NCBI GenBank assembly: GCA_963723515.1
Contig: CAVRQT010000004.1
Location: 1 to 32,881, forward strand
DNA length: 32,881 bases
From: Vulcanimicrobiota bacterium
GTDB lineage: Bacteria > Vulcanimicrobiota > Vulcanimicrobiia > Vulcanimicrobiales > Vulcanimicrobiaceae
Direction of reading: 5' to 3'
The position numbers were made by a program, and so were the translations under genes. Below, one piece after another: positions 30,830-32,881 of the stretch; the stretch's first letter is position 1; each line of letters begins with the position of its first letter. The notes beneath the pieces are model-generated. The model ran no database searches. It was not told where the DNA came from and worked only from the letters and a program-made list of their open reading frames with translations.

Positions 30830-32398
30830 GTGAAACTTCGCATTGACGAAAAAGCGGTTGAGACTGCCGCGAGCTGGCGGCGCGCATCGTCTCGCCGGTT
30901 TCGCAATTCATTGCCGCGCATTCGACTGTTTCGGTCGAACGGTCGATCTTGCGTCTCTTCGGGATCGATGGCGTGCTCGACGAAGTTCCACTGGTCAATC
31001 TGATCGTCGATGCGTAGCGTCCGAACAACGGGCGCGCGGGATTGCGACGTATTTCTGCGCCGGTTTGGCCGAGACGGGGTTGGAGCCCGCCGCATTGGCG
31101 CAAGAACTCGTATCCGGGCGCAAAGCAGTCACTGCATTTGAGGACGTGCCGGTCGAAGCGATACGCGCGATCGGCAAGAAATTCGCGACCCAGGCGCTCG
31201 CGCGCATTGCAAAGAGTCGTGATGAACGTGTGAATCGGCTCTCGCGCTTGCCTCAGAGTCCGCCGCCGTTACTCTACGTGATCGTTGCCAGCGGAAACAT
31301 CTACGAAGACAAGACCGCGGCTGTTGCCGCCGCCGAGGCCGGTGCACAGATCATCGCCGTCATCCGTTCGACGGGCCAATCGCTGCTCGATTACGTTCCT
31401 GCTGGCATAACGACGGAAGGCTTCGGCGGCACCTATGCGACGCAAGAAAATTTCCGCGTGATGCGCGAGGCGCTCGACGAAGTTTCGGAGCGCCTCGGCC
31501 GCTACGTGATGCTGACCAACTACGCGAGCGGTCTGTGCATGCCGGAGATCGCCGTCATCGCCGCCCTCGAGCGGCTCGACATGCTCCTAAACGATTCGAT
31601 GTACGGCATTCTCTTCCGCAATATCAATCCGAAGCGCACGTTCGTCGACCAGCACTTCAGCCGCATGCTCAATGCTTACTCCGGCATCATCATCAACACG
31701 GGTGAAGATAATTATCTGACGACAGCCGATGCGGTCGAACAAGCGCCCGCGGTCCTTGCATCGCAGTTCATCAACGAGGAGTTCGCCCATCGCGCCGGCT
31801 TACCGGATGCGCAAATCGGGCTAGGCGATGCATTTGAGATCGATCCCGATTTAGAAGACGGACTCCTGTACGAGATCGCGCAGGCACAGCTCGAGCGTCA
31901 AATCTTGCCGAACGCAGCATTGAAGTATATGCCGCCGACCAAGCACATGACGGGCAACATCTTCAAAGGGCATTTGATCGACGCGATGTTCAATCTGACG
32001 TCGGTGATGACGCATCAGGCGATCACTGTGCGGCATGCTGACCGAAGCGATTCACACGCCGTTTCTCGGCGACCGCGCGCTTTCTCTGGAGAACGCGCGC
32101 TACATTATGAATACCGCGCGTCACCTCGGCGATGATCTGGAGTGCAAGCCCGGCGGAATCATCGAAACACGCGCCAACGATGTTTTACACGGTGCACAAG
32201 CGCTGCTCTCACGCGTTGCGCAACGCGGCCTGTTCGATGCGATCGAGCAGGGTTTTTTCGCGGATGTTTCCCGCCCGCCGGACGGCGGCCGCGGCTTCGA
32301 AGGCGTCTTCGCAAAGGACGCGCATTACTGGAATCCCTTTGAAGAGTTCTATCGGCCTCACCCAGCGGCGTCCGATCCCGGCCGCAGCACCGTCGTGA
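30830..32398 (+). CDS. kamD: D-lysine/beta-lysine 5,6-aminomutase alpha subunit (several frameshifts)
   Basis: HSTVSVERSILRLFGIDG, YVIVASGNIYED, IAVIRSTGQSLLDYVP, GGTYATQENF, NYASGLCMPEIA, GEDNYLTTADA, KYMPPTK, MLTEAIHTP, YWNPF. Confidence 0.92.
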
Positions 32399-32881
32399 GC
32401 AAAACCGTCAAGCCATACGGGGACACGCTGGACGATGGCGCGGTGCAGCTTTCGTTCACGCTGCCGATTCCATGGAGCGAGGCCGCCGACGAAGCCGCGC
32501 GCCGGCTCGTTGCGAAGATGGGCTTTCAGACGTGGCGGTCGCCGACGGACGTCCGATCGCGGGCGAGTATTCGTTCTTCGTCGTTTACGGCCGAACGACA
32601 CAGGCGGTGGACATCGAAGCATCAGGCCCCTTCAGCAAAAACGCATCCGCTAACGATGGAAGAGATCGATGCCCTGATCGCGCGCAGCCTCGGCCGCAAG
32701 GTTCGCGTCGCCGGCGCATGATCGGAACCGATGCGCATACCGTCGGGATCGATGCGATCCTCAAGATGAAGGGTTAGAAGGGCGACGACGGGCTCGAGCG
32801 CTACCAGAGATTGGCTTCGAAACGACAACCTCGGGAGCGAAGTCCACGGGTTGAAGAGCTCGTGCCGTTTGCTCAAGAAAA
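32395..32881 (+). CDS. kamE: Lysine 5,6-aminomutase beta (cobalamin-binding) subunit, 3'-truncated and error-rich
   Basis: VKPYGDTLDDGAVQLSFTLP, FFVVYG, GTDAHTVGIDAI (DxHxxG B12 motif), MKG (PLP lysine), GLERY. Confidence 0.88.

Noticed and set aside
32035..32721. Apparent kamD-kamE fusion
   Set aside because: A GTGA stop/start overlap at 32395-32398 in the adjacent frame fits two coupled genes with one indel near 32350.
30421..32777. In-frame TAG codons after KG in rfbD (30421) and kamE (32775), suggesting amber recoding
   Set aside because: Both lie in the most error-rich region, and the kamE one has other apparent substitutions beside it (AAG where Asn is expected). TAG ends real genes here (6635, 8073, 30828) and no pyl genes are present.
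196..32876. Numerous Arg/Ala-rich overlapping and antisense ORFs in the track
   Set aside because: Shadow frames of real genes in GC-rich DNA, with no recognisable motifs.
1..32881. CRISPR array, tRNA/rRNA, transposase, integrase or phage genes
   Set aside because: None recognised; the repeats found are isolated and not regularly spaced.

Overview
GC-rich bacterial window. The lipoprotein/beta-propeller repertoire suggests Eremiobacterota (WPS-2), but that is only an inference. About 1-25.7 kb is a surface-glycosylation locus: murJ, a Dol-P-Glc-synthase-like GT2, a second GT2, two GT4s, a SAM methyltransferase, three large polytopic GT-C-like (AftD/DUF3367/YfhO-type) membrane proteins, ugd plus UDP-glucuronate decarboxylase (UDP-xylose), a Gfo/Idh/MocA oxidoreductase, a DegT aminotransferase and an LpxA-like acyltransferase (a GnnA/GnnB/LpxA-like set with no other lpx gene in view), two paralogous secreted NHL-SGNH proteins and two beta-propeller lipoproteins. 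Next come structured intergenic repeats, a hypothetical gene, a minus-strand operon (ECF sigma, zinc anti-sigma, beta-helix membrane protein resembling a split RsiW, PLP aminotransferase), rfbD and the B12-dependent lysine 5,6-aminomutase kamDE. More than 20 single-base indels break genes throughout and are most likely unpolished long-read errors, so gene boundaries were rebuilt across frames. All family assignments come from motif recognition, not database searches.
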